The notes under the pieces are model-generated. The model saw only the letters and a program-made list of their open reading frames with translations. It ran no database searches and had not been told where the DNA came from. Shown here piece by piece: positions 25,100-34,412 of a stretch of DNA of 64,000 bases. A program made the position numbers and the translations under genes. The stretch is taken from positions 17,123 to 81,122 of the forward strand of contig JAIFNN010000022.1 in NCBI GenBank assembly GCA_020047715.1. The letters are read 5' to 3'. Position 1 is the first letter of the stretch; every line of letters starts with the position of its first letter. The stretch is from Bacteroidota bacterium (GTDB lineage Bacteria; Bacteroidota; Bacteroidia; Bacteroidales; GCA-2748055).

Positions 25100-26356
25100 T
25101 TAGTTAAGCCCTAATAACCAGGCTGCATTATTCTTTGTTTTTTGCTTGAACCGGGTAAGCTCCTGAAGTCCGGTTTCTTTGTCGCTGAACGAAAGGGCGC
25201 TTACCCTGTACAGTTGGTCCCCCTGCTGGATTACCAAGGCGGGGTATCCCTGTTCGGTGAGCGACTGCTGAAGTATGCCGGCATTTATCTTATCTTTGAA
25301 GCTGCCTGCGATAATATGGAATTCTTTATAGTCGGAAGGAATGGCCTCTGCATTTTGCATTGGTTCAGAGTCCTCGTTTATTGTCAAAGCGTTTTCCTGA
25401 AGCGTCATGGAATCAATAGCTTTGCCAAGATCTCCGCTTAAGGTCGATTCAAGGTCCCAGTCTTCTTCCTCGGGAAAAAGTTCGGACTCGTCGCCGCTTC
25501 CTTGTTTAAAGAATGAGCCTCCCGGTCGATCCAAAAGGTCTGTCGTCATTCGTATCAGCACAAACGAAACCAGGATTATCATTACCGCACCGGTTAAGAT
25601 CCAGAAAATACTCCGGTTATTTTTATTGTCTGCAGGTCGGGACGTAGCCCCCTGACTTACGAAAGCTGCTGTTTCAGATAAAATTTGTTTTTCTTCAGCT
25701 TCCGTCGAAGGCTGCCCAATCTTTTCCTCGCTCTTTTTGATGCTTTCAGGCTCTTGCTCGGAGGCTGTTGCCTCTTCAACTGTCTCTGTTTCAATATCTT
25801 CTTGCTGTGCAACCACTTCTTCTGACAATTCCTCCTCGGCGGTCAACTCATCAACAGAATCCAACTCAAAAGATTCAAGGCCGTAGGACTCAAACCCCAG
25901 CTTGAAATCAGGGTCTTTCTCGAACCGGAAAACATTTTCAGTGTCCCTGAAGAGTTTGCCAAACCCGTAAAATGTATATTCCTCGCCTTTATTGAGTGCA
26001 AAAAGGATTTCATCGATATATTCCAGCACCTTCTGCCGGGAATCCTCGATGCTGATGTCTTCTGCAGCTGCAATATTCTTTGTCAAAAGTCCGTCGTCAA
26101 GGCTTTTATCAGGGTTAAAAACGATCTGAATGCCGGGTGGAATTATTTTTTTCCCCTCAATACGTGAAACACTCTTGCGGATTTCAAAGGAACCAAATCC
26201 CGGAAGTGTTACCGTTTCATTGAAAAGCAGTTGATCCTTAATGTATTCGAGTAGAGCCAAGGGTGTAATTTTGAACAAATTTATAAAAAAACGGTTTTCT
26301 CCTTGCGAACAAACGCATAAAGTTACTAACGTTTTTAAGAATTTGACTAATTTCAC
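25100..26356 (-). CDS. HU-like N-terminal domain / SPOR C-terminal domain protein with a central TM helix
   Basis: N-terminal LPGFGSFEIRKS... HU/IHF-like fold motif, an acidic linker, the TM helix IFWILTGAVMIILVSFVLI and a C-terminal SPOR-like FHIIAGSFKDKINA...YRVSALSF. The start is uncertain, and the TTG at 26278 is a plausible alternative. Confidence 0.65.
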   Translation of the reverse strand: MKLVKFLKTLVTLCVCSQGENRFFINLFKITPLALLEYIKDQLLFNETVTLPGFGSFEIRKSVSRIEGKKIIPPGIQIVFNPDKSLDDGLLTKNIAAAEDISIEDSRQKVLEYIDEILFALNKGEEYTFYGFGKLFRDTENVFRFEKDPDFKLGFESYGLESFELDSVDELTAEEELSEEVVAQQEDIETETVEEATASEQEPESIKKSEEKIGQPSTEAEEKQILSETAAFVSQGATSRPADNKNNRSIFWILTGAVMIILVSFVLIRMTTDLLDRPGGSFFKQGSGDESELFPEEEDWDLESTLSGDLGKAIDSMTLQENALTINEDSEPMQNAEAIPSDYKEFHIIAGSFKDKINAGILQQSLTEQGYPALVIQQGDQLYRVSALSFSDKETGLQELTRFKQKTKNNAAWLLGLN

Positions 26357-26371
26357 ATCGCCGTTATTGCT

Positions 26372-26379
26372 TAACTTTG
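26372..26379 (+). promoter_or_regulatory. Bacteroidota -7 promoter box (TAACTTTG) for the wbp-like operon
   Basis: Exact TAnnTTTG match, 23 bp upstream of the ATG at 26402. Confidence 0.5.
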
Positions 26380-26401
26380 CATTCGGCCAAATTTGTAGTC
26401 G

Positions 26402-27529
26402 ATGGAAGAAATTAAAATGGTTGACCTAAATGGTCAATATGAAAGAATAAAAAGAGAGGTCGACGAGGCTATTCAAAAAGTTCTCGACAGCACCGCGTTT
26501 ATAAAGGGGCCTGATGTTAAAGCCTTTGAACTGGCGTTGGCTTCTTACCTTGATGCGGGCACGGTTATATCCTGTGCCAACGGCACAGATGCTCTACAGA
26601 TTGCCATGATGGCATTGGAGCTTAAGCCGGGCGATGAAGTAATCACAACTCCTTTTACTTTTGTTGCAACCGTTGAAGTCCTGAAACTTCTTGGTTTGAA
26701 ACCTGTGTTTGTGGATATCGAGCCCGGGACTTTTAATATCGACATCGATAAGCTTAAAATTAAAATTTCCAGCAGAACAAAGGCCATTGTACCGGTGCAT
26801 CTTTTTGGTCAGTGCGCCAACATGGAGCGTTTATCAGCTTTTGCCAGCGAGTATGGCTTGTATATTATAGAGGATGCAGCTCAAAGTCTGGGCTGCAATT
26901 ATCGGTTTTCCGACGCTTCGGTAAGAAAATCAGGTACAATTGGCACCATAGGCTGCACATCATTTTTCCCCTCCAAGAATTTGGGTGCCTTCGGTGATGG
27001 AGGTGCCCTGTTCACAAACAATCCGATTCTTGCCGCCAAACTTCAGGCTCTTGTAAATCACGGAATGATTCAGAGATATCACTATGATTATGTTGGGGTT
27101 AATTCACGTCTCGACACCTTGCAAGCAGCTATCCTGAATGTTAAGCTGAAACATCTGGATGAATATAACCGTGCACGGCAGTCCGCAGCCGAATTTTACG
27201 ATAATGCTCTCGGGGAATTGAAGGATATCACTATCCCTTCCAGAAGCAAATTCAGCGACCATATTTTTCATCAGTACACACTTCGGGTCTTGGGTGGAAA
27301 GCGTGATGAACTCAAAAATCATTTGGAGAAATCTTCTGTCCCGGCAATGATCTATTACCCAGTACCACTCCATCTGCAAAAAGCCTATGCCGACCTGGGT
27401 TATAAAATTGGTGATTTCCCGATCGCAGAACAAGCGTGCCATGAAGTCCTGTCCCTTCCCATGCATACTGAGTTGAGTGAAGAACAACTATATTTTATTA
27501 CGGAAAGAATAATTGAATTTGTAAATTAG
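26402..27529 (+). CDS. wbpE: DegT/DnrJ/EryC1 family PLP-dependent sugar aminotransferase (WbpE-like)
   Basis: GTDALQIA motif, the SFFPSKNLGAFGDGG PLP-lysine region, and its context with WbpD/B/A homologues. Confidence 0.8.
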   Translation: MEEIKMVDLNGQYERIKREVDEAIQKVLDSTAFIKGPDVKAFELALASYLDAGTVISCANGTDALQIAMMALELKPGDEVITTPFTFVATVEVLKLLGLKPVFVDIEPGTFNIDIDKLKIKISSRTKAIVPVHLFGQCANMERLSAFASEYGLYIIEDAAQSLGCNYRFSDASVRKSGTIGTIGCTSFFPSKNLGAFGDGGALFTNNPILAAKLQALVNHGMIQRYHYDYVGVNSRLDTLQAAILNVKLKHLDEYNRARQSAAEFYDNALGELKDITIPSRSKFSDHIFHQYTLRVLGGKRDELKNHLEKSSVPAMIYYPVPLHLQKAYADLGYKIGDFPIAEQACHEVLSLPMHTELSEEQLYFITERIIEFVN

Positions 27530-27534
27530 CCAAA

Positions 27535-28119
27535 ATGAAAAACAACGATTTTTTTGTTCACGAGTCTTCCTATATCGATGAGGGCTGTATTATTGGGAAA
27601 GGTACCAAAATATGGCACTTTACTCATGTAATGAATGATAGTGTGATTGGTGAGAACTGCAACCTGGGCCAAAACGTTGTTGTTTCCCCAGAGGTAAAGC
27701 TTGGTAATAATGTGAAAGTTCAGAACAATGTTTCCATTTACACTGGGGTAATATGCGAAGACAATGTATTCCTGGGCCCATCAATGGTTTTTACGAATGT
27801 GGCTAATCCGAGAAGCGCCATTGTGCGCAAAGATCAGTATCAGCAAACCCTTGTTAAGGAGGGAGCTACGATTGGCGCCAACGCTACGATTATTTGCGGA
27901 AACACGATTGGCCGATTTTCTTTTGTTGGCGCCGGAGCTGTAGTAACCCATGACGTTCCTGACCATTCCCTTACCATAGGTAACCCGGCTCGCCATGTGG
28001 GTTGGATGAGCGAAAGAGGACACCGTCTTAATTTCGACGGGGAGGGAATCGCATTTTGTCCGGAAAACAATGAGAAGTATCTGCTAAATAATATGATTGT
28101 AAAGAAAATACCCAACTAA
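27535..28119 (+). CDS. wbpD: Left-handed beta-helix N-acetyltransferase (WbpD-like)
   Basis: Hexapeptide repeats with GPSMVFTNVANPRS, which matches my recollection of WbpD-type UDP-2-acetamido-3-amino-2,3-dideoxy-glucuronate N-acetyltransferases. Confidence 0.8.
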   Translation: MKNNDFFVHESSYIDEGCIIGKGTKIWHFTHVMNDSVIGENCNLGQNVVVSPEVKLGNNVKVQNNVSIYTGVICEDNVFLGPSMVFTNVANPRSAIVRKDQYQQTLVKEGATIGANATIICGNTIGRFSFVGAGAVVTHDVPDHSLTIGNPARHVGWMSERGHRLNFDGEGIAFCPENNEKYLLNNMIVKKIPN

Positions 28120-28130
28120 TTCCAAATACC

Positions 28131-29084
28131 TTGAATAGCACTAAAAACTTTGCGATCATAGGCGTGGCTGGCTACATAGCCGTTCGCCATCTTAAAGCAA
28201 TTAAGGAAACCGGAAATGTACTGTTGGCTGCTCTCGATAAATTCGACAGTGTAGGTTTTATAGACAGTTATTTTCCCGATGCCGACTTTTTTGTGGAATT
28301 TGAACGTTTCGATCGTCATATCGACAAACTTAAGCGTGGTGGTAAAAAAGTCGATTTTGTAAGCATCTGCTCACCCAATTACCTCCACGATTCCCATATC
28401 CGCTTTGCCCTGCGCAACGATCTGGATGCAATTTGTGAAAAGCCTGTGGTGCTCAATCCCTGGAATATCGATGCGCTGCAAAGTTTCGAAAAAGAAACGG
28501 GTCGCAGGGTTTACAATATTCTGCAGCTTCGCCTTCACCCCTCTATCCTGGACCTTAAAAAGCGTATCGATGAGGGCCCTTCCGACAAGGTTTATGAGAT
28601 CGACCTTTCGTATATCACCAGCCGCGGAAACTGGTACCATTTCTCCTGGAAAGGCGATGAGCACAAGTCGGGCGGCATTGCTACAAACATCGGGGTGCAT
28701 TTCTTTGATATGCTTACATGGATTTTCGGGGGAGTAAAAAGCAATACCGTTCATATTCTTAAAAACGACAAAGCTGCAGGATATCTTGAACTCGAAAAAG
28801 CTCGTGTGCGCTGGTTTATGAGCATCGACTTCAACGATGTTCCCAAAGCCTTTCAGGAAAAAGGGCAGCGTACCTTCCGCTCCATAACCGTTGACGGCGA
28901 TGAACTTGAGTTCAGTGGAGGATTTACCGATCTTCACACCCAAACATATCAGGCGATCCTCGCAGGGAAAGGATTCGGACTTGAGGAGGCCCGCACATCA
29001 ATAGAAACCGTATATAACATCAGAAATGCTTCTCCTGTTGGCTTAAAGGGAGATGTTCACCCAATTGCTCATACCATAAAATAA
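28131..29084 (+). CDS. wbpB: Gfo/Idh/MocA family oxidoreductase (WbpB-like)
   Basis: N-terminal Rossmann FAIIGVAGYIAVRHL with a TTG start. Its position lies between the WbpD-like and WbpA-like genes. Confidence 0.75.
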   Translation: MNSTKNFAIIGVAGYIAVRHLKAIKETGNVLLAALDKFDSVGFIDSYFPDADFFVEFERFDRHIDKLKRGGKKVDFVSICSPNYLHDSHIRFALRNDLDAICEKPVVLNPWNIDALQSFEKETGRRVYNILQLRLHPSILDLKKRIDEGPSDKVYEIDLSYITSRGNWYHFSWKGDEHKSGGIATNIGVHFFDMLTWIFGGVKSNTVHILKNDKAAGYLELEKARVRWFMSIDFNDVPKAFQEKGQRTFRSITVDGDELEFSGGFTDLHTQTYQAILAGKGFGLEEARTSIETVYNIRNASPVGLKGDVHPIAHTIK

Positions 29085-29089
29085 TAAAT

Positions 29090-30379
29090 ATGTACACAGA
29101 ACTAGTTGAAAGAAAGCAAAAATTGGCCGTCATTGGTCTTGGATACGTTGGACTTCCAATCGCTCTTGAATTTGCGCGAAAAATTGAGGTAATCGGCTTC
29201 GATATCAAGCCTGACAGGATTGACCTGATGAACAGGAAAATTGATCCCAGCAACGAGCTCGAATCTACAGACTTCGACAACTGCAATATTTATTTCACTG
29301 CAAAACCTGAGGAGCTGAAAGAAGCCACCTTTTTTATTGTGGCTGTGCCTACGCCTATCGATGAGCACAAACTCCCGGATCTTAGACCGCTCCTGAGCGC
29401 CACCGCAACTGTAGGAGCAGTTCTTAAAAAAGGCGATTATGTGGTGTATGAAAGTACCGTATACCCGGGTTGCACCGAAGAAGACTGTATTCCAATCCTG
29501 GAGAAAAAGTCGGGACTGAAATACATAAAGGATTTCAAAGTTGGATTTTCACCCGAGCGTATTAATCCGGGCGACAAAAATCACACCCTTACCAAAATCA
29601 TGAAGGTAACATCGGGCTGCGATGAGCAATCTTCAGAAGAAATTGCAAAAGTTTATGAGCTGGTAATTACCGCAGGGGTTCATCGCGCCAGCTCAATCAA
29701 GGTTGCCGAAGCGGCAAAAATTATTGAAAATACTCAGAGGGATATCAATATCGCATTCATGAACGAGCTTTCCATGATCTTTTCCAAAATGGGAATCAAT
29801 ACCTATGAAGTTCTCGAAGCGGCAGGTACCAAATGGAACTTTCTGAAATTCTACCCCGGACTGGTGGGAGGCCATTGCATCGGAGTTGATCCCTATTACC
29901 TTACCTATAAATCGGCCAAATACGGACACCACGCGCAGATAATAAATGCCGGTCGTTCCATTAACGACAGCATGGGCCAGTATATCGCCCGCGAAATTGT
30001 TCAGAAACTTATCGCATTGGGTAAGGAATTGAAAAATACACGGGTGCTTGTGATGGGTATCACCTTTAAGGAAAATGTAAGCGATATACGAAATTCCAAG
30101 GTTGTAGATGTAATTATGGAACTCAAACAATTCGGACTCCATGTTGACGTTATCGATCCGCATGCCGCTCCAGAAGAAGTTATGGAAGAATACGGAATCG
30201 ACATGTCCGAAACCGTAAATCCGCGCTACGACGCCATCGTGGCAGCAGTTAGTCATGATGAATACCTGAATAAGGATGAGAAATATTTTCGGGGGATTGT
30301 ACACGAGCCTGCCCTGATGGCCGATTTAAAGGGAATTTACAGGGACAAGATCAAACACCTTGTTTATTGGAGCCTCTAG
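29090..30379 (+). CDS. wbpA: UDP-N-acetyl-D-glucosamine (or -mannosamine/-galactosamine) 6-dehydrogenase family (WbpA/TviB-like)
   Basis: N-terminal LAVIGLGYVGLP Rossmann motif and the catalytic GGHCIGVDPYY motif. 429 aa. Confidence 0.85.
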   Translation: MYTELVERKQKLAVIGLGYVGLPIALEFARKIEVIGFDIKPDRIDLMNRKIDPSNELESTDFDNCNIYFTAKPEELKEATFFIVAVPTPIDEHKLPDLRPLLSATATVGAVLKKGDYVVYESTVYPGCTEEDCIPILEKKSGLKYIKDFKVGFSPERINPGDKNHTLTKIMKVTSGCDEQSSEEIAKVYELVITAGVHRASSIKVAEAAKIIENTQRDINIAFMNELSMIFSKMGINTYEVLEAAGTKWNFLKFYPGLVGGHCIGVDPYYLTYKSAKYGHHAQIINAGRSINDSMGQYIAREIVQKLIALGKELKNTRVLVMGITFKENVSDIRNSKVVDVIMELKQFGLHVDVIDPHAAPEEVMEEYGIDMSETVNPRYDAIVAAVSHDEYLNKDEKYFRGIVHEPALMADLKGIYRDKIKHLVYWSL

Positions 30380-30415
30380 TACTTTAATACAAAGGGATAA
30401 TCATAAAATTTCAAA

Positions 30416-31441
30416 ATGAGCAAATTAATTCTTGTTACCGGGGGAACCGGTTATATTGGTTCTCATACCTGCATAGAGCTTATGAATGAAGGGTTTGAGG
30501 TATTAATTGCCGACAATTTGTCCAATTCGGATATAAGCGTACTCGATGGAATTGAAAAGACTTCGGGTAAAAGGCCATTTTTCGAAAAGGTCGACCTGTC
30601 CGACGAGACCTCCACAAACCTGCTTTTCGATAAATACCCTGGAATTGTTGCCATAATTCATTTTGCAGCATACAAAGCAGTTGGGGAATCCGTTAGTATC
30701 CCTCTAAAATACTATTACAACAACCTTAACTCTCTGATTCATTTGTTGAACAATATGGAACGGAAAAAGGTTGCAAACATCGTTTTCAGCTCCTCGTGCA
30801 CTGTTTATGGGGAGCCCGATGAGTTGCCGGTTACCGAGAAAGCTCCGATTAAACCGGCTAGTTCGCCCTATGGGAACACCAAGCAAATTTGCGAGGAAAT
30901 CCTCAGGGATACCGGGGCCGTAAATGAAAACCTGAATATCATCTCCCTCAGGTATTTTAATCCTGTTGGTGCTCATCCTTCGGCTAATATTGGCGAACTT
31001 CCATTGGGGGTTCCAAATAATCTGGTACCCTTCATCACCCAAACAGCTATTGGTCTCCGCGACGAACTGAAAGTTTTTGGAAGCGATTACAATACCCCCG
31101 ACGGTACTGCAATCCGCGATTATATCAATGTTGTTGACCTTGCAAAGGCACATGTTATTGCTATCAAGAGACTTCTGGGGAAGGCGGGAAAGAAGAAACT
31201 CGAGGTTTTTAACCTTGGAACTGGCCGCGGTGTATCGGTTCTGGAAGTAATAAATGCTTTCGAAAAAGCCAGCGGTGTGAAACTGAAATACAAAATTGTT
31301 GATCGCAGGGAAGGTGATGTTGAAAAAGTATTTGCCGACACCCGTTTTGCAAACACGGAACTGGGATGGAAGGCAGAAAAAAATCTCGAGGAAACCCTGG
31401 CTTCCGCTTGGAAATGGGAAAAGAAAATCAGAAACAAGTAA
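30416..31441 (+). CDS. galE: UDP-glucose 4-epimerase
   Basis: VTGGTGYIGSH motif, the SSSCTVYG...YGNTK catalytic Ser and YxxxK, and 341 aa size. Confidence 0.9.
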   Translation: MSKLILVTGGTGYIGSHTCIELMNEGFEVLIADNLSNSDISVLDGIEKTSGKRPFFEKVDLSDETSTNLLFDKYPGIVAIIHFAAYKAVGESVSIPLKYYYNNLNSLIHLLNNMERKKVANIVFSSSCTVYGEPDELPVTEKAPIKPASSPYGNTKQICEEILRDTGAVNENLNIISLRYFNPVGAHPSANIGELPLGVPNNLVPFITQTAIGLRDELKVFGSDYNTPDGTAIRDYINVVDLAKAHVIAIKRLLGKAGKKKLEVFNLGTGRGVSVLEVINAFEKASGVKLKYKIVDRREGDVEKVFADTRFANTELGWKAEKNLEETLASAWKWEKKIRNK

Positions 31442-31452
31442 ATTTCTATGAT

Positions 31453-32505
31453 ATGAAAACTATACTTATCACCGGAGGCGCCGGATTCATTGGATCTCAT
31501 GTTGTAAGGCTCTTCGTGAACAAATACCCGGATTATAAAATTGTCAATCTCGACAAACTCACATATGCAGGTAACCTGGAGAACATCAGGGACATAGAGA
31601 GCAAATCCAATTACGAGTTTGTAAAAGGGGATATTGTCGATAGTGCTTTCGTTTCCGATTTGTTCAAAAAGTATGGATTTCAGGGAGTTATCCATCTTGC
31701 CGCCGAGTCTCATGTCGACCGGTCCATTTCAAACCCCACGGAATTTATTTATACCAACATCATTGGAACGGTCAACCTGCTCAATGCAGCCAGGGCGGAA
31801 TGGACGGAAAAGCCGGGCGATAATCTTTTTTACCATATCTCCACCGACGAAGTTTATGGCAGTCTGGGCGAAGAGGGCCTTTTCACAGAAGAAAGTCCTT
31901 ACGACCCACGCAGCCCCTATTCCGCATCGAAAGCCAGTTCCGATCATCTTGTACGGGCATGGTACCACACTTTTAAGCTGCCGGTGGTTATCTCAAATTG
32001 CAGTAACAACTACGGGCCCAACCAGTTTCCTGAGAAGTTGATTCCGCTTGCAATCAACAATATCAAAAACATGAAGGCTGTTCCTGTGTATGGCAAAGGG
32101 GAAAATATCCGCGACTGGCTTTTTGTGGAAGATCATGCAAAAGCCATTGATGAGATATTTCACCGGGGAAAGACAGGGGAAACCTATAATATCGGTGGTA
32201 TAAATGAGTGGAAGAATATTGATCTTATACAACTTCTATGCAAGATTATGGATGATAAGCTCAGTCGCAGTGCTGGTACCTCAGCCTCGCTTATCACCTA
32301 TGTGAAAGACCGCGCAGGACATGATCTCCGTTATGCCATCGACTCCTCAAAACTCCAGGCCGATCTTAACTGGGCTCCTTCGCTTCAGTTTGAGGAAGGC
32401 TTGGCAAAAACTGTAGAATGGTATCTCCGTAACGAAGTTTGGATGAACAACGTGATGACCGGGGATTATGAAAAGTATTATGATAAGCAGTACGTAAAAC
32501 GCTGA
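31453..32505 (+). CDS. rfbB: dTDP-glucose 4,6-dehydratase
   Basis: ITGGAGFIGSH, HLAAESHVDRS, ISTDEVYG and YSASKASSDHL motifs. The true start is the ATG at 31453. Confidence 0.9.
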   Translation: MKTILITGGAGFIGSHVVRLFVNKYPDYKIVNLDKLTYAGNLENIRDIESKSNYEFVKGDIVDSAFVSDLFKKYGFQGVIHLAAESHVDRSISNPTEFIYTNIIGTVNLLNAARAEWTEKPGDNLFYHISTDEVYGSLGEEGLFTEESPYDPRSPYSASKASSDHLVRAWYHTFKLPVVISNCSNNYGPNQFPEKLIPLAINNIKNMKAVPVYGKGENIRDWLFVEDHAKAIDEIFHRGKTGETYNIGGINEWKNIDLIQLLCKIMDDKLSRSAGTSASLITYVKDRAGHDLRYAIDSSKLQADLNWAPSLQFEEGLAKTVEWYLRNEVWMNNVMTGDYEKYYDKQYVKR

Positions 32506-32507
32506 TT

Positions 32508-32537
32508 GCTTTAGCCTCCTTTCCAGGAGGTTAAAGC
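32508..32537. terminator. Strong hairpin between convergent rfbB and glmS (GCTTTAGCCTCCT-TTCC-AGGAGGTTAAAGC)
   Basis: 13-bp stem with one G-U and a 4-nt loop, starting 3 bp after the rfbB stop. A second 5-bp hairpin (TGCCA...TGGCA) lies nearer the glmS stop. Confidence 0.65.
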
Positions 32538-32574
32538 GTTAGTGATTATTAATTGCCAGAGAGGATTGGCAGTT

Positions 32575-34410
32575 CTATTCTACCGTAACCGATTTCGCCA
32601 GATTTCGCGGCTGGTCAACATTACATCCCCTGAGAACAGCAATATGGTAAGCAATTAGCTGCAGAGGGATTACCGAGAGCAGGGAGGTAAGTTCCTCCAT
32701 TGCCTGGGGTATTTCCAAAACATGGTCGGCCATGCTTTTAATGGTTTTGTCGCCTTCTGAAACAATAGCGATCACAATTCCATTGCGGGCTTTTACCTCT
32801 TGGATGTTGCTTACAATTTTCTCGTACGACTTGTCGTTGGTTGCGATAACTACCACAGGCATGTTGCGGTCTATCAGAGCAATTGGGCCGTGTTTCATCT
32901 CAGCAGCGGGATAGCCTTCAGCGTGGATATAAGATATTTCCTTGAGTTTGAGGGCTCCTTCTAGTGCTACCGGGAACGAGTATCCCCTTCCTAAATAAAG
33001 GAAATTGGTTGCATTCTGGTATTGTTCGGCAATAGCCTTAAAAGCTTTGTCGTGAAGTAGTACTTTTTCGATTTTGGCGGGAATATCCGATAATTCCTGG
33101 ATCAGGGCATGGTAGCGTTGTGGTTCGAGAATGCCTTTTTTATATCCAATCATGGCAGCCATCATCGCCAGAACCGTAACCTGTGCTGTAAAAGCCTTGG
33201 TTGAGGCAACCCCGATTTCTGGTCCGGCATGCATGTAAACTCCTGCATGGGTCTCCCTCGAGATACTGGATCCTACTACGTTGCAAATCCCCAGAACCAA
33301 TGCCCCGCGGTCTTTGGCTAATTGTATAGCGGCCAGAGTATCTGCGGTTTCACCACTCTGACTGATAGCAATTACAATATCATCTTTGTCGATCAGAGGA
33401 TTGCGATACCTGAACTCAGAGGCATATTCTACTTCAACCGAAATCCGGGCGATATCTTCAAGGAGGTATTCACCCACCATGCCTGCGTGCCATGAGGTTC
33501 CGCATCCGATAATCACTATTCTTTTCGCATTGATGAGGCGTTCCTCCACGTTGAACAAGCCGCCCAGATGTATAGAGGTTTTGTCTTGTGAAACTCTTCC
33601 CCTGAAAGTATCGAGAATAGAACGGGGCTGCTCGAAAATTTCCTTGAGCATGAAATGATCATAACCGTTTTTCTCAATCTCGCTGATTCCAAGATCGATC
33701 TTTTGTATTTTTGGGGTGAGTTTGTCGTTCCGGATAGTTTTCAAAATGAGCTCGTCGCGGCTGATAATTGCAACATCCTCATTGTTTAGGTAGATCACAC
33801 GGTCGGTGTATTCAACAATCGGCGTGGCGTCGGATGCAATGAAATACTCACCGTCGCCAATTCCCAAAACAAGGGGACTGCTCTTTCGGGCAGCGATAAG
33901 TTTATCCGGCTCTTTGCTGCACATAACAACAAGTCCATATGCACCGATAACCTTTGTAAGTGCGAGGCGTACAGCCAATTCGGCATCTACCTTTCCCTTT
34001 ACATAAATGTATTCGATAAGGTTAGCCAAAACTTCTGTGTCTGTTTCACTCTGGAAAGTATAACCACGATCGCTAAGCTTCGACTTTAAGGTACTGTAGT
34101 TTTCAATGATGCCATTGTGGATTATTGTGAACAAACCATTCATTGAGGCATGTGGATGGGCATTCACATCATTCGGCTCACCGTGGGTTGCCCAACGGGT
34201 ATGGCCCATTCCCAATGTCCCGGAAATATCACCCGATTCAACAAATTTCTCGAGATCAGCAACTTTCCCTTTACGCTTATAGACCTGGGTTGTATTATTC
34301 AAAAGAGCGATACCCGAGGAATCGTATCCGCGGTATTCGAGCCTTTTTAATCCCTTGATAATTATGGGATAGGCATTTTTATAACCGATATATCCAACTA
34401 TTCCGCACAT
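32575..34410 (-). CDS. glmS: Glutamine--fructose-6-phosphate aminotransferase
   Basis: MCGIVGY N-terminal nucleophile, two SIS domains and a C-terminal ...KSVTVE. 611 aa. Confidence 0.95.
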   Translation of the reverse strand: MCGIVGYIGYKNAYPIIIKGLKRLEYRGYDSSGIALLNNTTQVYKRKGKVADLEKFVESGDISGTLGMGHTRWATHGEPNDVNAHPHASMNGLFTIIHNGIIENYSTLKSKLSDRGYTFQSETDTEVLANLIEYIYVKGKVDAELAVRLALTKVIGAYGLVVMCSKEPDKLIAARKSSPLVLGIGDGEYFIASDATPIVEYTDRVIYLNNEDVAIISRDELILKTIRNDKLTPKIQKIDLGISEIEKNGYDHFMLKEIFEQPRSILDTFRGRVSQDKTSIHLGGLFNVEERLINAKRIVIIGCGTSWHAGMVGEYLLEDIARISVEVEYASEFRYRNPLIDKDDIVIAISQSGETADTLAAIQLAKDRGALVLGICNVVGSSISRETHAGVYMHAGPEIGVASTKAFTAQVTVLAMMAAMIGYKKGILEPQRYHALIQELSDIPAKIEKVLLHDKAFKAIAEQYQNATNFLYLGRGYSFPVALEGALKLKEISYIHAEGYPAAEMKHGPIALIDRNMPVVVIATNDKSYEKIVSNIQEVKARNGIVIAIVSEGDKTIKSMADHVLEIPQAMEELTSLLSVIPLQLIAYHIAVLRGCNVDQPRNLAKSVTVE

Positions 34411-34412
34411 AA

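Noticed and set aside
28371-30304. Long antisense ORFs (190 aa at 28371-28943, 203 aa at 29693-30304) inside the wbpB-like and wbpA-like genes
   Set aside because: The sense-strand products carry unmistakable Rossmann and catalytic motifs, while the antisense translations have no motifs and unusual composition. I treat them as shadow ORFs. The same applies to 31120-31713 (antisense to galE/rfbB) and 43452-43988 (antisense to PBP1A).
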